Notes: a model not told the origin generated them from the letters alone. A stretch of 52,748 bases of DNA from Candidatus Zixiibacteriota bacterium (GCA_029932605.1 JAOZPT010000003.1:42591-95338); one strand, 5' to 3'; counted from the first letter of the stretch, positions 29,182 to 39,501 are shown. Translations and numbers: made by a program.

Positions 29182-30089
29182 GTAATCCATCTAACGGAAA
29201 TAACTCGCTACCCCATAACAGATTAATCAAGTCAACACTTTCGAAGGACTCTTTTACTCTTGGTTTTAGTGAATATTCTCAAAAGTTAACTCCCATACAG
29301 GCTGTTAATAAATGCTTGAAGTCCGGTTTGACAGCACTTCAACTTGTTGGTGATTTTCATGTAAATTTTCCAGAAAATATTTCCAAAATAGAAAGGGAAA
29401 AGGTTAAAAATCTAATTTACGATAATGGCTTTCATTTGCATTACCATGCACCAAGCGATATACCCTTGGCCAGCAGGCATAATATCCTCAGAGAGGGGGG
29501 ACTTTTAAGGATGAGAGAATACATCGAGCTGGCGGCTCAAATGGGAGCTAAATCTTTTGTTTTTCATCCAGGCAGGTTTGCTTTTTACAAAATAGGCTCG
29601 GGGAAGATGGTATTAGCCAAAAGAGACATCCCCGAAATATATCTAAAGCGTTTTTACGATTCAGCAGCCAGGTTGGTAGAGTATTCCGCTGGCCGTTTGA
29701 ATATTCTCCTTGAAAATACATTTAGTTTCACATCTCAACTAATAGATATCATCACCCGCTTTTTAAATCTTCCCTCAACCGGTCTGGTATGGGATATTGG
29801 CCACGAACATCTTGACCGGAAAACTCATCACAGGAATTATCCAAGCAAGGTTCAGCCCAGTGAATTTTTCTTAGAGAGATTAAACAAAGTCAAGCTTGCC
29901 CACCTTCACGATGCCTTAAAAAATCGCAGTCACCTGCCGCTAGGCTCAGGAGAGATTGATATTGCCGCCTATATAGATATCTTCACCAGGTCAAATATAG
30001 ATATGATCATTGAGGTGTTCAACGAGAATGATCTTAAAGCCTCCATCGAGTATGTCGATTCAATTACAATGAGGAATAAGAGAAGATGA
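29178..30089 (+). CDS. Sugar phosphate isomerase/epimerase (AP-endonuclease-2 TIM barrel) family protein
   Basis: HAP, FHPG, LEN, WDIGH, HLHD, HLPLGSGEID, IIEV metal motifs; GTGA overlap with the upstream gene. Confidence 0.85.
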   Translation: MSNPSNGNNSLPHNRLIKSTLSKDSFTLGFSEYSQKLTPIQAVNKCLKSGLTALQLVGDFHVNFPENISKIEREKVKNLIYDNGFHLHYHAPSDIPLASRHNILREGGLLRMREYIELAAQMGAKSFVFHPGRFAFYKIGSGKMVLAKRDIPEIYLKRFYDSAARLVEYSAGRLNILLENTFSFTSQLIDIITRFLNLPSTGLVWDIGHEHLDRKTHHRNYPSKVQPSEFFLERLNKVKLAHLHDALKNRSHLPLGSGEIDIAAYIDIFTRSNIDMIIEVFNENDLKASIEYVDSITMRNKRR

Positions 30090-31183
30090 AACGGCTTATA
30101 CTGATATCGATATTATTGATAATCGTATTACCTCAGCTTTTACAGGCTACTGATCGTTGCACTATATGCAAAAAGGAACTTACCGGTCGATATATAAAAT
30201 TTGAAGATGGCAGTAAATATTGTTTAGACTGCGTTAAAAAATACCCTGCCTGCGACATCTGTGGAAAACCCTCACCATCTTATATTATCGAGAATGGCAA
30301 AAGAATATGCCTTGAATGCCTGGCCAAAATGGGCAAATGCAGTTTTTGTGGCAAACCTCTAACCGGCAAATATTACAGTTACCCGGAGCTGGGTCTCAAG
30401 TTATGTGAGAATTGCAATAAGACCGTTAAACGCTGTTTTCTCTGCGGTCGTCCCAGTAAAAATCTCATTTTGGTGGATGATAAATATATTTGCAACGCAT
30501 GTTACGATAGATTAGATAAATGCCATATTTGCGGCAAACCCATTATTGGCGAATACATGTGGTTTGATAATGAAGGCTCGAAAAAATACTGTCCATCTTG
30601 TGTTAAAAAGTATCCTCATTGTGCCAATTGTGGTGCACCGGTTGGCCCTTATGGTGTTAGGCTTGACGATGGTCGAATCCTTTGTCCTGATTGTTACAGA
30701 ACTGCTTGTTTTAAACCAGAACAGGTAAGCGCTATCAAGGGAAAAGTGATAGATTATTTAAAATCTGTGATGGGTATCGATGTCCATCATAAAATACGTT
30801 TTTTACTCGAAGGCAGGGATTTCATCAAACAGAAATCGAAGGGCATCTCCAATGATGTGAACGGCCTGTTTTATCGCCAGAATGATAATTTTGAGATATA
30901 TGTCCTTTACGGCCTGCGGGAAAAAGAGCTTTACCAGGTCCTTCCCCATGAGATCGCTCATGCCTGGATGGCTGAAAATTGCGACTCGGATATTCCTGCC
31001 AAGGATGCTGAGGGGTTTGCCCAGTGGGTAGCCTATCATGCCCTCGGGCATTTCGGTTTCGGAGATTATCGAAGGACATTGTTGGAGGGTGAAAGTGTTT
31101 ACGCTACGGGATTGCGCAAGATGATGGAAATCGAGAAAAACGGGGGCGTTAAAGCCGTATTTGATTATTTTAAAGGTCGCTAA
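30086..31183 (+). CDS. Secreted DA1-like zinc metallopeptidase with six tandem C4 zinc fingers
   Basis: Signal peptide; six CxxC...CxxC units; VLYGL, PHEIAHAW, AEGFAQW, YATG. Confidence 0.8.
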   Translation: MKRLILISILLIIVLPQLLQATDRCTICKKELTGRYIKFEDGSKYCLDCVKKYPACDICGKPSPSYIIENGKRICLECLAKMGKCSFCGKPLTGKYYSYPELGLKLCENCNKTVKRCFLCGRPSKNLILVDDKYICNACYDRLDKCHICGKPIIGEYMWFDNEGSKKYCPSCVKKYPHCANCGAPVGPYGVRLDDGRILCPDCYRTACFKPEQVSAIKGKVIDYLKSVMGIDVHHKIRFLLEGRDFIKQKSKGISNDVNGLFYRQNDNFEIYVLYGLREKELYQVLPHEIAHAWMAENCDSDIPAKDAEGFAQWVAYHALGHFGFGDYRRTLLEGESVYATGLRKMMEIEKNGGVKAVFDYFKGR

Positions 31184-31294
31184 CTTCAATTTATAACATC
31201 TGTTAGATATAGCCGTATTCGCCATTTTTTATACATTGACACACATATTCGACATAGAGTATCTTCACCGACAATGATTAGCATGGAGGGCGGT

Positions 31295-31767
31295 ATGGAA
31301 AAACTGAAACTTGTAACGTATTGTGGTCTTTACTGTGGACTTTGTACAGCACGCAATCGCATTCCCTGCCAGGCTGAGGCTCTTAGAGAAACAATGGTGA
31401 AAGGGGGTTACGAATATTGGGCTCCCGAGGCCACACCTGGTTTCACCGGATTCTGGAAGTTTTTAAAGTGACCTGTGCGATCCGGATAAAAACTGTCCGG
31501 GATGTCGTCAGGGAGGTGGGCCACCGTTCTGCGGTATCAGGAAATGCGCCCCAGAAACGAAGTGTCGATACATGCCCGCTATGCGACGAATCCCCCTGCC
31601 ATCGGATCGAGGAGATTGCCAGAGGTTATATCACTCTTATACCCGATGGTAAAAGGTTAAAGGAGAAAGGCATTGATGATTGGACAAAAGAACAGGAAGA
31701 GCGCACCAAGACAGGATTTGCTTATGCCGATATCCGATATCAACCATACAGTATTCCCAAAGAATGA
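31295..31767 (+). pseudogene. DUF3795-family Cys-rich gene interrupted by two +1 frameshifts (pseudogene or sequence error)
   Basis: YCGLYCGLC in the first frame; DLCDPDKNCPGCRQGGGPPFCGIRKCA in a second frame; QKRSVDTCPLCDESPC in the third. Breaks lie near 31465-31467 (AAA) and 31549-31552 (CCCC). Confidence 0.8.
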
Positions 31768-31781
31768 GAAACTGATGCATT

Positions 31782-32600
31782 ATGGACATTGTAATCTGGT
31801 TTAAAGGCTTAAGTCCTGTAATACAGGCCTTGTTGGCGACATTATTTACCTGGTTCTTGACTGCTTCAGGTGCAGCTGTTGTATTTTTCACTAAGGAATT
31901 AAACAGGAAAACGCTTGACGGAATGCTTGGTTTTGCCGCCGGCGTGATGATAGCTGCCAGCTTCTGGTCGCTTTTGGCTCCAGCGATTGAAATGTCGGAG
32001 ACGACAAGTCTTCCCAGCTGGCTTCCAGCAGTGATTGGTTTTCTCACCGGAGGGGCTATTCTTAGGCTTTTCGATAGATTACTACCTCATCTTCACATCT
32101 TCTTGCCGATTGAGCAAGCTGAGGGTATAAAAACTAAGTGGCACAGAACAACTCTTCTTGTTCTGGCAATTACATTACATAATTTCCCCGAAGGTTTAGC
32201 GGTTGGCGTTGCATTCGGGGCTGTCTCAGCCGGTTTGCCATCGGCCACCCTGGCCGGAGCCGTTGCTTTAGCTATCGGCATTGGTATTCAAAATTTCCCC
32301 GAGGGGTTAGCTGTAAGTATGCCTCTCAGGCGAGAAGGCATATCCCGTTTCAAGAGTTTCTGGTATGGGCAATTATCCGGAACTGTTGAACCTATCGCCG
32401 GTATTTTTGGTGCTGCTTTAGTTATAGTTGCCCGTTCCATTCTACCATATGCGCTTGCCTTTGCGGCTGGGGCTATGATTTTCGTTGTCGTCGAGGAGGT
32501 TATTCCCGAATCACAGATCGGTGGCAATTCCCACGAGGCAACCCTCGGGGCGATGCTGGGCTTTGCCGTGATGATGACGCTCGATGTGGCCTTCGGGTAG
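31782..32600 (+). CDS. ZIP-family (ZupT/GufA) divalent metal transporter
   Basis: [53 protein letters not shown]. Confidence 0.93.
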   Translation: MDIVIWFKGLSPVIQALLATLFTWFLTASGAAVVFFTKELNRKTLDGMLGFAAGVMIAASFWSLLAPAIEMSETTSLPSWLPAVIGFLTGGAILRLFDRLLPHLHIFLPIEQAEGIKTKWHRTTLLVLAITLHNFPEGLAVGVAFGAVSAGLPSATLAGAVALAIGIGIQNFPEGLAVSMPLRREGISRFKSFWYGQLSGTVEPIAGIFGAALVIVARSILPYALAFAAGAMIFVVVEEVIPESQIGGNSHEATLGAMLGFAVMMTLDVAFG

Positions 32601-32763
32601 CTGGTAGATACAATCCACAGGTAGACTGGAGTTAAGGTTAATTACACTCGTCAAGCAAAAAGCCACACGAGGTTTATCTTGACCTCGCCAATATATTAAA
32701 AAGTACGTAAAAATATTTACCATGCACAATAACATAAGGTAACTCAGGGGACCTTTCATCAGT

Positions 32764-35700
32764 TTACTTTGATGAAAGGAGCTGTATTGTTTTTTCAACC
32801 TGATAAGCCGAGTCGCTGGCAGATGTAAGAACCCGTCGGGCTGTTTGAAGGGCATGCTTTAAAGTTTCATTATTAAAGGAATCCTTAGCTTGAAGTTGTA
32901 TAACGGCAACAAGGAGCAATGCTTTGATCATTCTTTCAAGTTGTTCTTTATTTAGCCAGGTTATATCTCTATGTATATTGATTTGAAGATATTCCTTAAC
33001 GAGCTGGTCTTTTAAAATTTCCCGCAATGCTTCGGCAATGTTTGTTTTTTTCGAGGGCAAAAGCAATTCCCCGTAAGTGGTCAAAATCGTCACAAGCAGA
33101 GCATCGAAATGAGCGGATACTTTGTCCCTATCGAAATCTTCAAAGACCTGAGCGATATTTTTGCCAAGTAACCATTCCTTTAACCGAACATTTATAAGAG
33201 TCTTCGGGTCAGTAGAGTCTGCCGGCGAATGGAATCTTCCTATTTGATGAATGACGATCCAGGTTACGGCGATGCGCATCAGGTTCTCACTACTTTTACA
33301 ATCGACCAGCGATTTAAGGTCCACAGCAAGAGCATCTTCGATTCGGGCGCTTTTAATGAGCTCCTCGAGTGGAAAGGCATTCATTTCCTTGGTTATATCC
33401 TGAAGAACCTCTTCGGTATTTATTTCCGCACCTACGAACTCTTTCACCGCAATGAGAAAGTGTTGCACTGCCTTACCAAACTTAATTTGGGTTTCTCGAC
33501 TATCCATATCGAATTTGCGAAACATATCGGCACTAAAAGTTTCCCGGAATGGAATAAGAATCCTTTCCAAACTCATTTCTTGGTAGGCTTCGTCTATGTT
33601 TGGAACGCCATTACCGTTGAGCCTGTGCGAAAGCTTCGTCCATGAACCGTCAGTGTCATGTATCTCCTTAAAATCAAGAAAAGCTTGATACTGGTATGCG
33701 TGAAGTATGGCGAAAATACCCTCTCCCGCAATCTGCTTTCCTTGCCTAATGTATTCCAGCCCTGTTCGATAATCGCGGAATGTATATAGGTAATCTTCGC
33801 CGGTATTGAGCGCCAGGGCTTCGGCCAGAGTTTTACGAACCAGAACCTTTTCCTCGCCTTGGCCAATGTTTATCGGTGTCGAGGTATGAATCCAGCCACT
33901 CGTGGTAGTATAGGCATTGTTGTAAAGAATAATTGCCCGTTGTTTGCCGATACGATTGGAATAAGCAAAAACGTTCTCATCAACCCAACCCTCTACTGTA
34001 TTGAAATCATAAAAAGCGAAGTTTTGGGCTCCACTGAATAGCTGACGGCGACGCATAAGAGGGAATATCTCCGTCTCGTGGCGATGAACCATTTCATTAT
34101 CAACCTGTTCATCCCAGTATGCTCTTCGATATTCCATTCCGTATTTTTCAGCAAAACCCTCAATTTGTCCATGCCCAAACATCGGTAAACCCGGCATGGT
34201 AATCATAAGCATAACAATTCCAAAATACTTATCACCCTTGCCGAATTGCTCAACCGCGGTAGCTTCATCGGGATTATTCATAAAATTGACGAATCGTTTG
34301 AGTATTTCGGGGCTAAATTCAAGGACGTTTTTCACTGTCATGCGATACTCACGGTTTTTTTCCATTTTAAGCATGTTCATGAAGGCGCTGTTGTAAACGC
34401 GATGCATGCCAAGAGTGCGAACAAAATAACCCTCCATCAACCAGAATGCTTCTGCAATAAGCAGTGTGTCGGGCACCTCCTCAGTCACTCGATCGACAAC
34501 TTCTCTCCAGAACTCTTTTGGGAAAAGACGGTCGAACTCCGCTTTGCTCATACCGTATTCCGCACGTGAGGGGATCGCACCTCCATCACCCGGTTGAGGG
34601 AACCAGAGTCGCTGGTAATGCCTTTTAGCCAATGTCATTGCTGCATCAAATCTAATAATAGGGAACTTGCGCGCTACATGTAGGATCGTTTGAATAACTG
34701 CCTCACGCACCTCCGGAAGCAGGAAATTTAGTTGTGCGGTATCGTTCCACGGCATACTTGTGCCATCGTTACCGTGGTAAATATACCTTACGTCTCCCGT
34801 CCACTTGTCTATACGTTTGAAGACCACTGCGGCATCGCGATGTTCCCAGTATCCATCCTCAATCACCACCGCAACACGCGGGTCAGATGATAGATCTTCA
34901 CCAGTGAATTGATAACATGGGAAGGGCGAAAACTCCGACTGGATAAACCAATTCGGGTGCTCTATAACCCATTTCGAATATATCCCCACATGGTTGGGAA
35001 CCATATCACTGGCAAGTCTTATGCCACGCTGCCAGGCTCGCTGGCGAAGGTTCTGGTATGCTGTTTCACCACCCAAATCATCGGAAATAACATAATCATA
35101 TAGTGAATAGGCTGATGGTAATGCCTCGGGATTACCCATTTTCTGCTTTATTTTTTGCGAGGCCTTAGAGCGTTCCCATATGCCTATGAGCCATAATCCG
35201 TTAAACCCCCAGCGGGCAAGGTGGTCAAGTTCCTCATCTGGTATATCACTGAGATATCTGATATAGCGCCGATATTTTTTCGATAATTGGTCAAGCCAAA
35301 CATATACAGATTTAGCAATGATCACTAAATTGGACATCCAGTCAGCGTCTTTACTGAAACATTCTGGTTCGGAGTAACCCATGTCATCACCATAGGCTCT
35401 TTTTGCAAAATGCAAAACCAGACTTGGCCCAGGTCCCAAACCACGCAACTTTTCCTCTTCTTTGAGGATATCAACGGCCAGTAAAAGCCTTTCGAGTAAC
35501 TCAGGAGGAAGAAACATAGCCCAGTGCTCTTTTATATAGTTCAACTGCCCTTCAATGGAGTCAGGGAAAGCTTTCATCGGAGTGCGCAAACAATTGAATA
35601 ATGTCATTCCAATTGGACTAAAAACCGGTTGCTTTTCGAAAAATACTTCAAGACTATTAACAAAAGGTACATAAGGACATTGTTTTTTCAAGTCCATGTC

Positions 35701-36243
35701 ATCAAAAAGGCTTGAGAACGGCTTAAAAGCCGGATTTGCCATCACCAGAGATAACAAAACCATTTCAATTGTAACGGTCTCGCTATTTAAGGCAATCTCC
35801 GATGACTCTTGCAAATATTTGTCCTCCGTCCGCCGGCCCTGCATAACCGCCAAAGGCGGAAAAAGATTTACAAACGATAGCGGTGGTTTTTCTACTGTAG
35901 CACGACCTTGACGTTTGGCCGACCAGTCAAGGCCCCTCTGGATAATACCCGGGACCTCCTTGCGGCAGTACGTTTCCGCTATGTATCGAAGCACATCGAC
36001 AATTACCTCAACCGAGATGAGTTGTCCTGCCTGGACAGGTTCAACCACATGTGAACTGTGAAGATGCCACTGGTTGATCCGGTCAGCCAACCGACGGAAA
36101 GCATAAGTTCCAAAGACTGCTTTGACAGAATCAAATTCATTTAATAAATTTTGTATGTCATATCGTTCCCATGATTTTCGTGAAAGGTGAAAACCAAATG
36201 GGAAATAGCTGTGAAGAATTTTGTACAGTTGCGATTCTGTCAT
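32764..36243 (-). CDS. Large alpha-amylase family (GH13) glycoside hydrolase
   Basis: DMVPNH (region I), RFDAAM (nucleophile), IAEAFW (acid/base), FMNNPDE (region IV); long N- and C-terminal extensions; no signal peptide. Confidence 0.88.
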   Translation of the reverse strand: MTESQLYKILHSYFPFGFHLSRKSWERYDIQNLLNEFDSVKAVFGTYAFRRLADRINQWHLHSSHVVEPVQAGQLISVEVIVDVLRYIAETYCRKEVPGIIQRGLDWSAKRQGRATVEKPPLSFVNLFPPLAVMQGRRTEDKYLQESSEIALNSETVTIEMVLLSLVMANPAFKPFSSLFDDMDLKKQCPYVPFVNSLEVFFEKQPVFSPIGMTLFNCLRTPMKAFPDSIEGQLNYIKEHWAMFLPPELLERLLLAVDILKEEEKLRGLGPGPSLVLHFAKRAYGDDMGYSEPECFSKDADWMSNLVIIAKSVYVWLDQLSKKYRRYIRYLSDIPDEELDHLARWGFNGLWLIGIWERSKASQKIKQKMGNPEALPSAYSLYDYVISDDLGGETAYQNLRQRAWQRGIRLASDMVPNHVGIYSKWVIEHPNWFIQSEFSPFPCYQFTGEDLSSDPRVAVVIEDGYWEHRDAAVVFKRIDKWTGDVRYIYHGNDGTSMPWNDTAQLNFLLPEVREAVIQTILHVARKFPIIRFDAAMTLAKRHYQRLWFPQPGDGGAIPSRAEYGMSKAEFDRLFPKEFWREVVDRVTEEVPDTLLIAEAFWLMEGYFVRTLGMHRVYNSAFMNMLKMEKNREYRMTVKNVLEFSPEILKRFVNFMNNPDEATAVEQFGKGDKYFGIVMLMITMPGLPMFGHGQIEGFAEKYGMEYRRAYWDEQVDNEMVHRHETEIFPLMRRRQLFSGAQNFAFYDFNTVEGWVDENVFAYSNRIGKQRAIILYNNAYTTTSGWIHTSTPINIGQGEEKVLVRKTLAEALALNTGEDYLYTFRDYRTGLEYIRQGKQIAGEGIFAILHAYQYQAFLDFKEIHDTDGSWTKLSHRLNGNGVPNIDEAYQEMSLERILIPFRETFSADMFRKFDMDSRETQIKFGKAVQHFLIAVKEFVGAEINTEEVLQDITKEMNAFPLEELIKSARIEDALAVDLKSLVDCKSSENLMRIAVTWIVIHQIGRFHSPADSTDPKTLINVRLKEWLLGKNIAQVFEDFDRDKVSAHFDALLVTILTTYGELLLPSKKTNIAEALREILKDQLVKEYLQINIHRDITWLNKEQLERMIKALLLVAVIQLQAKDSFNNETLKHALQTARRVLTSASDSAYQVEKTIQLLSSK

Positions 36244-36430
36244 AAGTCCCTTCGCTGTCCATCCTAATTACATTTCGAACAATTTAACGAATAAAATAGG
36301 TAATCAAATTCATTTTTTCAATATGAATGTCTTCTTCTTTATTTTAAATAATCAATGGTTATCATTTCAGTATTGGCCTTAAGCAGTGAAGCTAGCCTTT
36401 AAGATTTTTTATTACTTCACCTATAGTAGA

Positions 36431-36862
36431 TTACCAATATCTTTTTCCATTAACGAAATTATCAATTCCCTGTTTTTTGATTCTCCTGAGATTCTTCAGA
36501 CAGGCATCAACATGAATCGGCTTTAAGAAATCTAATTTATCACAGGTCTCGAATTCCACACACTCCCAGCAACCCTGGATATTTTTCTTTTGGCAACAGT
36601 TCCTAATTTTACAGGAGGGTGGTCCACCACCATTCCTGCAGGTTCTTTTACAACGCAATCTTACCATCGCCCCAAGGACTTCGTAACAAAATCCATAATT
36701 CTTAAATTCTTTGAAATATTTTGACAACCCCTGAGAAACCCTATCGAATTTTGCCTTCCTTAATCTTTCCCTTAAATCTCTTGCCAAATCGGCGATCTCA
36801 CCTTTATAGTTAAAACAATCTCCGCAGTAAAGACCACAATAAGCAACTAAATTTTCAGCCAT
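36431..36862 (-). CDS. DUF3795-family Cys-rich protein
   Basis: AYCGLYCGDC...CKRTCRNGGGPPSCKIRNCC..K.I.GCWEC.EFETC; AAGGAG RBS. Confidence 0.85.
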   Translation of the reverse strand: MAENLVAYCGLYCGDCFNYKGEIADLARDLRERLRKAKFDRVSQGLSKYFKEFKNYGFCYEVLGAMVRLRCKRTCRNGGGPPSCKIRNCCQKKNIQGCWECVEFETCDKLDFLKPIHVDACLKNLRRIKKQGIDNFVNGKRYW

Positions 36863-36943
36863 TTCTTCTCCTTTTTGCTCAATTTCGGTTCTACTCCTTT
36901 CAAGAAGGTAAATCTATCAGGAATGTTCTTGAAAGTCATCATG

Positions 36944-38902
36944 TTAGATTGAATCAAAACGTATCTCAACCTGCAATAAATAGCTTAAATCAAACGATGC
37001 TCCAAGGGGATGGTATCGTAATTTTTCATTGAATAGATTTCTAAAAACAAAATTCCCACGGATTCTTTTTTGCCAGAGATATTTCTGGATAGCTATATCA
37101 AGATTTATTGCGCTTTTAACATCTGCGCTATAAATACCATTTGATTGAGATTCGACATCATGGTAATCTGCCCATAGAGTAGAACTTCGATAATTCAACA
37201 TCGCCCACAAAGAAAAATCATTTACCGGCTCATAAATTATCGTATTTCGGATTCTATGTTTTGGTATAGAATTCCAGATATTTTTAAAAATCGTATTACC
37301 CTCAATAACATCCTGAAAGCGGTATGAAAACCGGCACTTAAGGTGTGGAATGAAACCCAGTTCGACTGCTATTTTACATCCACCAATCTGTCCGCTGTGG
37401 TTGGTTGTTACATCTACCGTAGATAAGAAAGACTGGTCGGATGAATCGTATTGAAAGGGTTGGCTTTCAAAGTATATATCATAAAGATACCTGTAATATC
37501 CAACTAATTGCAGAGATAGATTATTGTTATTATTAAACATCCAGGTCAGGTCAGTCGTAAATCTCCGCATCGTGCCTATTTCGCCATCAATGTTGACATC
37601 GACTCCATTATCCTTTAGAAAATTAAAGCCATGCTCTGCCCAGTACCAGATATCATCGGTCCCTTCAGCCGGTTGCGATGAATACGAAAATGTTACATTA
37701 ATAGCTTGTTTTGAATTAGCCCACCATTGATTTGATAGCACTGCTTGATACTCCAGACTATTTTCGGCCGTAATAACATTAAATCCTAATCGTTGGTGAA
37801 GGTCATCTTTCAGACTATAAAACAACTCACCATAAAGTTTTCCTCTGGTATAATTATCATTAGAAAGCTCGTATGTGGTTTTAGGGAAAATTTTTATAAG
37901 CCCAAGACCAACCTTAAACTGACAGGATGAAAACAAACCGTTGGCCCCTATTTCAGCTTTCATGTTGCGCATTCTCCAGTCAAATCCCGTATTACGTAAA
38001 TTCTCCTGCTCTACAAGTTGATTTTCGGAATAGGTAATCCGATAGATCATGTTTGTTTTATCGTTCAGGTTAAAATTGCCTCTGGTGCCGGTATGAAGGA
38101 AATGGCTTTCTACGGGGATCTCTCTGCCGAATGGTTTCAAGAAGAATAAATCCTCAAACCACGAACAACCCATAAAGAGTTCATGTTTGCCGTTATGGAA
38201 ATCCTTTCCTATTTTAAATGAAGGCGCAATATGTTTTAATTTTGAATAATCGCCATTAAAATAACTAAAGTATCTTCTACTTAAATCGGGATCGGTAGGA
38301 TAACGCCAGCCACCCCATAAGCCAGCCTGGACATACATCTTATCATCCCCATAAGAAAAATCTGTGGAAAAGTTATGGCCAAATCTATCGATATTGGGCG
38401 ACCTAAATTCCGTATAGCGGTATGGTCCGGGATCACCTGTTTCACTGCCTGTTATCATCTGACTACTAATAGACAATCCCGTGCCCGGTTTTAGGGTGTG
38501 AATGTGTATAAGTCCCCCATCTGCAAATTCACCCTCGTGAATCTGAGGTATCGTGACGAACTCGATATAATCAATTCGAGACAGGGACAAAGGAAGGCGG
38601 TTCAAATTCCTCGTTCCGAATACATCGATATCCATTACCTGTCCATCCAGTAGAATTATCCATTTCTGATGCTGAAATGAGCTGAGGCCAGATGGACTTG
38701 ATTGCCAGGTAATACCATCCAAAGTGATTACATCCCAATCCTCTGCCAGCATGAATATATCGCCAAGCCAAATCAGCCCCGCTTTCTGAATCATCTCGGA
38801 AGTAATTATCTGTCTGTTTGCAAATGTTTCTTTCCAATTCTCAGCGTTTACCTGACAAATTGCTATAACAAGTATCAACAGAATTGTTATGATTGATTTC
38901 AC
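36944..38902 (-). CDS. TonB-dependent receptor-like outer-membrane protein
   Basis: Signal peptide; plug motifs IITSEMIQKAG, ILLDGQ, IDYIEFV, GGLIHIHT; C-terminal RNLFNE barrel strand. Confidence 0.75.
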   Translation of the reverse strand: MKSIITILLILVIAICQVNAENWKETFANRQIITSEMIQKAGLIWLGDIFMLAEDWDVITLDGITWQSSPSGLSSFQHQKWIILLDGQVMDIDVFGTRNLNRLPLSLSRIDYIEFVTIPQIHEGEFADGGLIHIHTLKPGTGLSISSQMITGSETGDPGPYRYTEFRSPNIDRFGHNFSTDFSYGDDKMYVQAGLWGGWRYPTDPDLSRRYFSYFNGDYSKLKHIAPSFKIGKDFHNGKHELFMGCSWFEDLFFLKPFGREIPVESHFLHTGTRGNFNLNDKTNMIYRITYSENQLVEQENLRNTGFDWRMRNMKAEIGANGLFSSCQFKVGLGLIKIFPKTTYELSNDNYTRGKLYGELFYSLKDDLHQRLGFNVITAENSLEYQAVLSNQWWANSKQAINVTFSYSSQPAEGTDDIWYWAEHGFNFLKDNGVDVNIDGEIGTMRRFTTDLTWMFNNNNNLSLQLVGYYRYLYDIYFESQPFQYDSSDQSFLSTVDVTTNHSGQIGGCKIAVELGFIPHLKCRFSYRFQDVIEGNTIFKNIWNSIPKHRIRNTIIYEPVNDFSLWAMLNYRSSTLWADYHDVESQSNGIYSADVKSAINLDIAIQKYLWQKRIRGNFVFRNLFNEKLRYHPLGASFDLSYLLQVEIRFDSI

Positions 38903-39501
38903 TCAAGAAGCTCCCTTAACCATTTTGGAGTAGTAAAACTATAACCCGAACCAATAGCAATATAAGTGTGATAAATCCGTTTACGAGTAAAGATTACTCT
39001 ATAATATCCCGAGAGGTTTATAAACCAGTTCTTCTTTAATTTATATTGCAAACGGGAATTAATACCAAACCCAAGTTCATTTTCCCTTTTACTATCTTTA
39101 TTAGTTTCCTTTTCATCGAAATACATAAAAAACATTCCAACACGAAAGCCATTAGACCATGTTAGATTGAGGGAATGAATGACACCTTTTCCCCAGCCAA
39201 GATAAAAAAACATGGAGGAAAAACCAGGAATGTCGGGTTGTTTGGCCGAATATTGAGAAATATGAATTCCGGACTGAATATTGCCATGGTAGAAAGGCGA
39301 TTCAACTAAAGCCTCTATGCCCTCATCACCTTCCCAGTATCTATGGAACGTATTTCTGTTGGTGTTAAAAACAAAATTCAGATTGATGTTTAATGTTTCG
39401 AAAATTTTTTTCTCTTTTTGTGCATATATAGACGGGTTGCAGACCAAGTAAAAAACAGCGACACCAGATAAAATTATTATTTTATTATTGACAAAATCCA
39501 T
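38899..39501 (-). CDS. Hypothetical outer-membrane beta-barrel protein
   Basis: Signal peptide; amphipathic strands; E.ELGFG motif; 4-bp overlap with the receptor gene. Confidence 0.6.
   Translation of the reverse strand: MDFVNNKIIILSGVAVFYLVCNPSIYAQKEKKIFETLNINLNFVFNTNRNTFHRYWEGDEGIEALVESPFYHGNIQSGIHISQYSAKQPDIPGFSSMFFYLGWGKGVIHSLNLTWSNGFRVGMFFMYFDEKETNKDSKRENELGFGINSRLQYKLKKNWFINLSGYYRVIFTRKRIYHTYIAIGSGYSFTTPKWLRELLE

Noticed and set aside
31469..31471. In-frame TGA in a Cys-rich gene as possible selenocysteine
   Set aside because: Similarity to the paralog continues in a different frame; read-through hits TAA after five codons.
32668..32687. CGAGGT/ACCTCG hairpin between convergent ZIP and GH13 genes
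   Set aside because: No adjacent U tract on either strand, so not called as a terminator.
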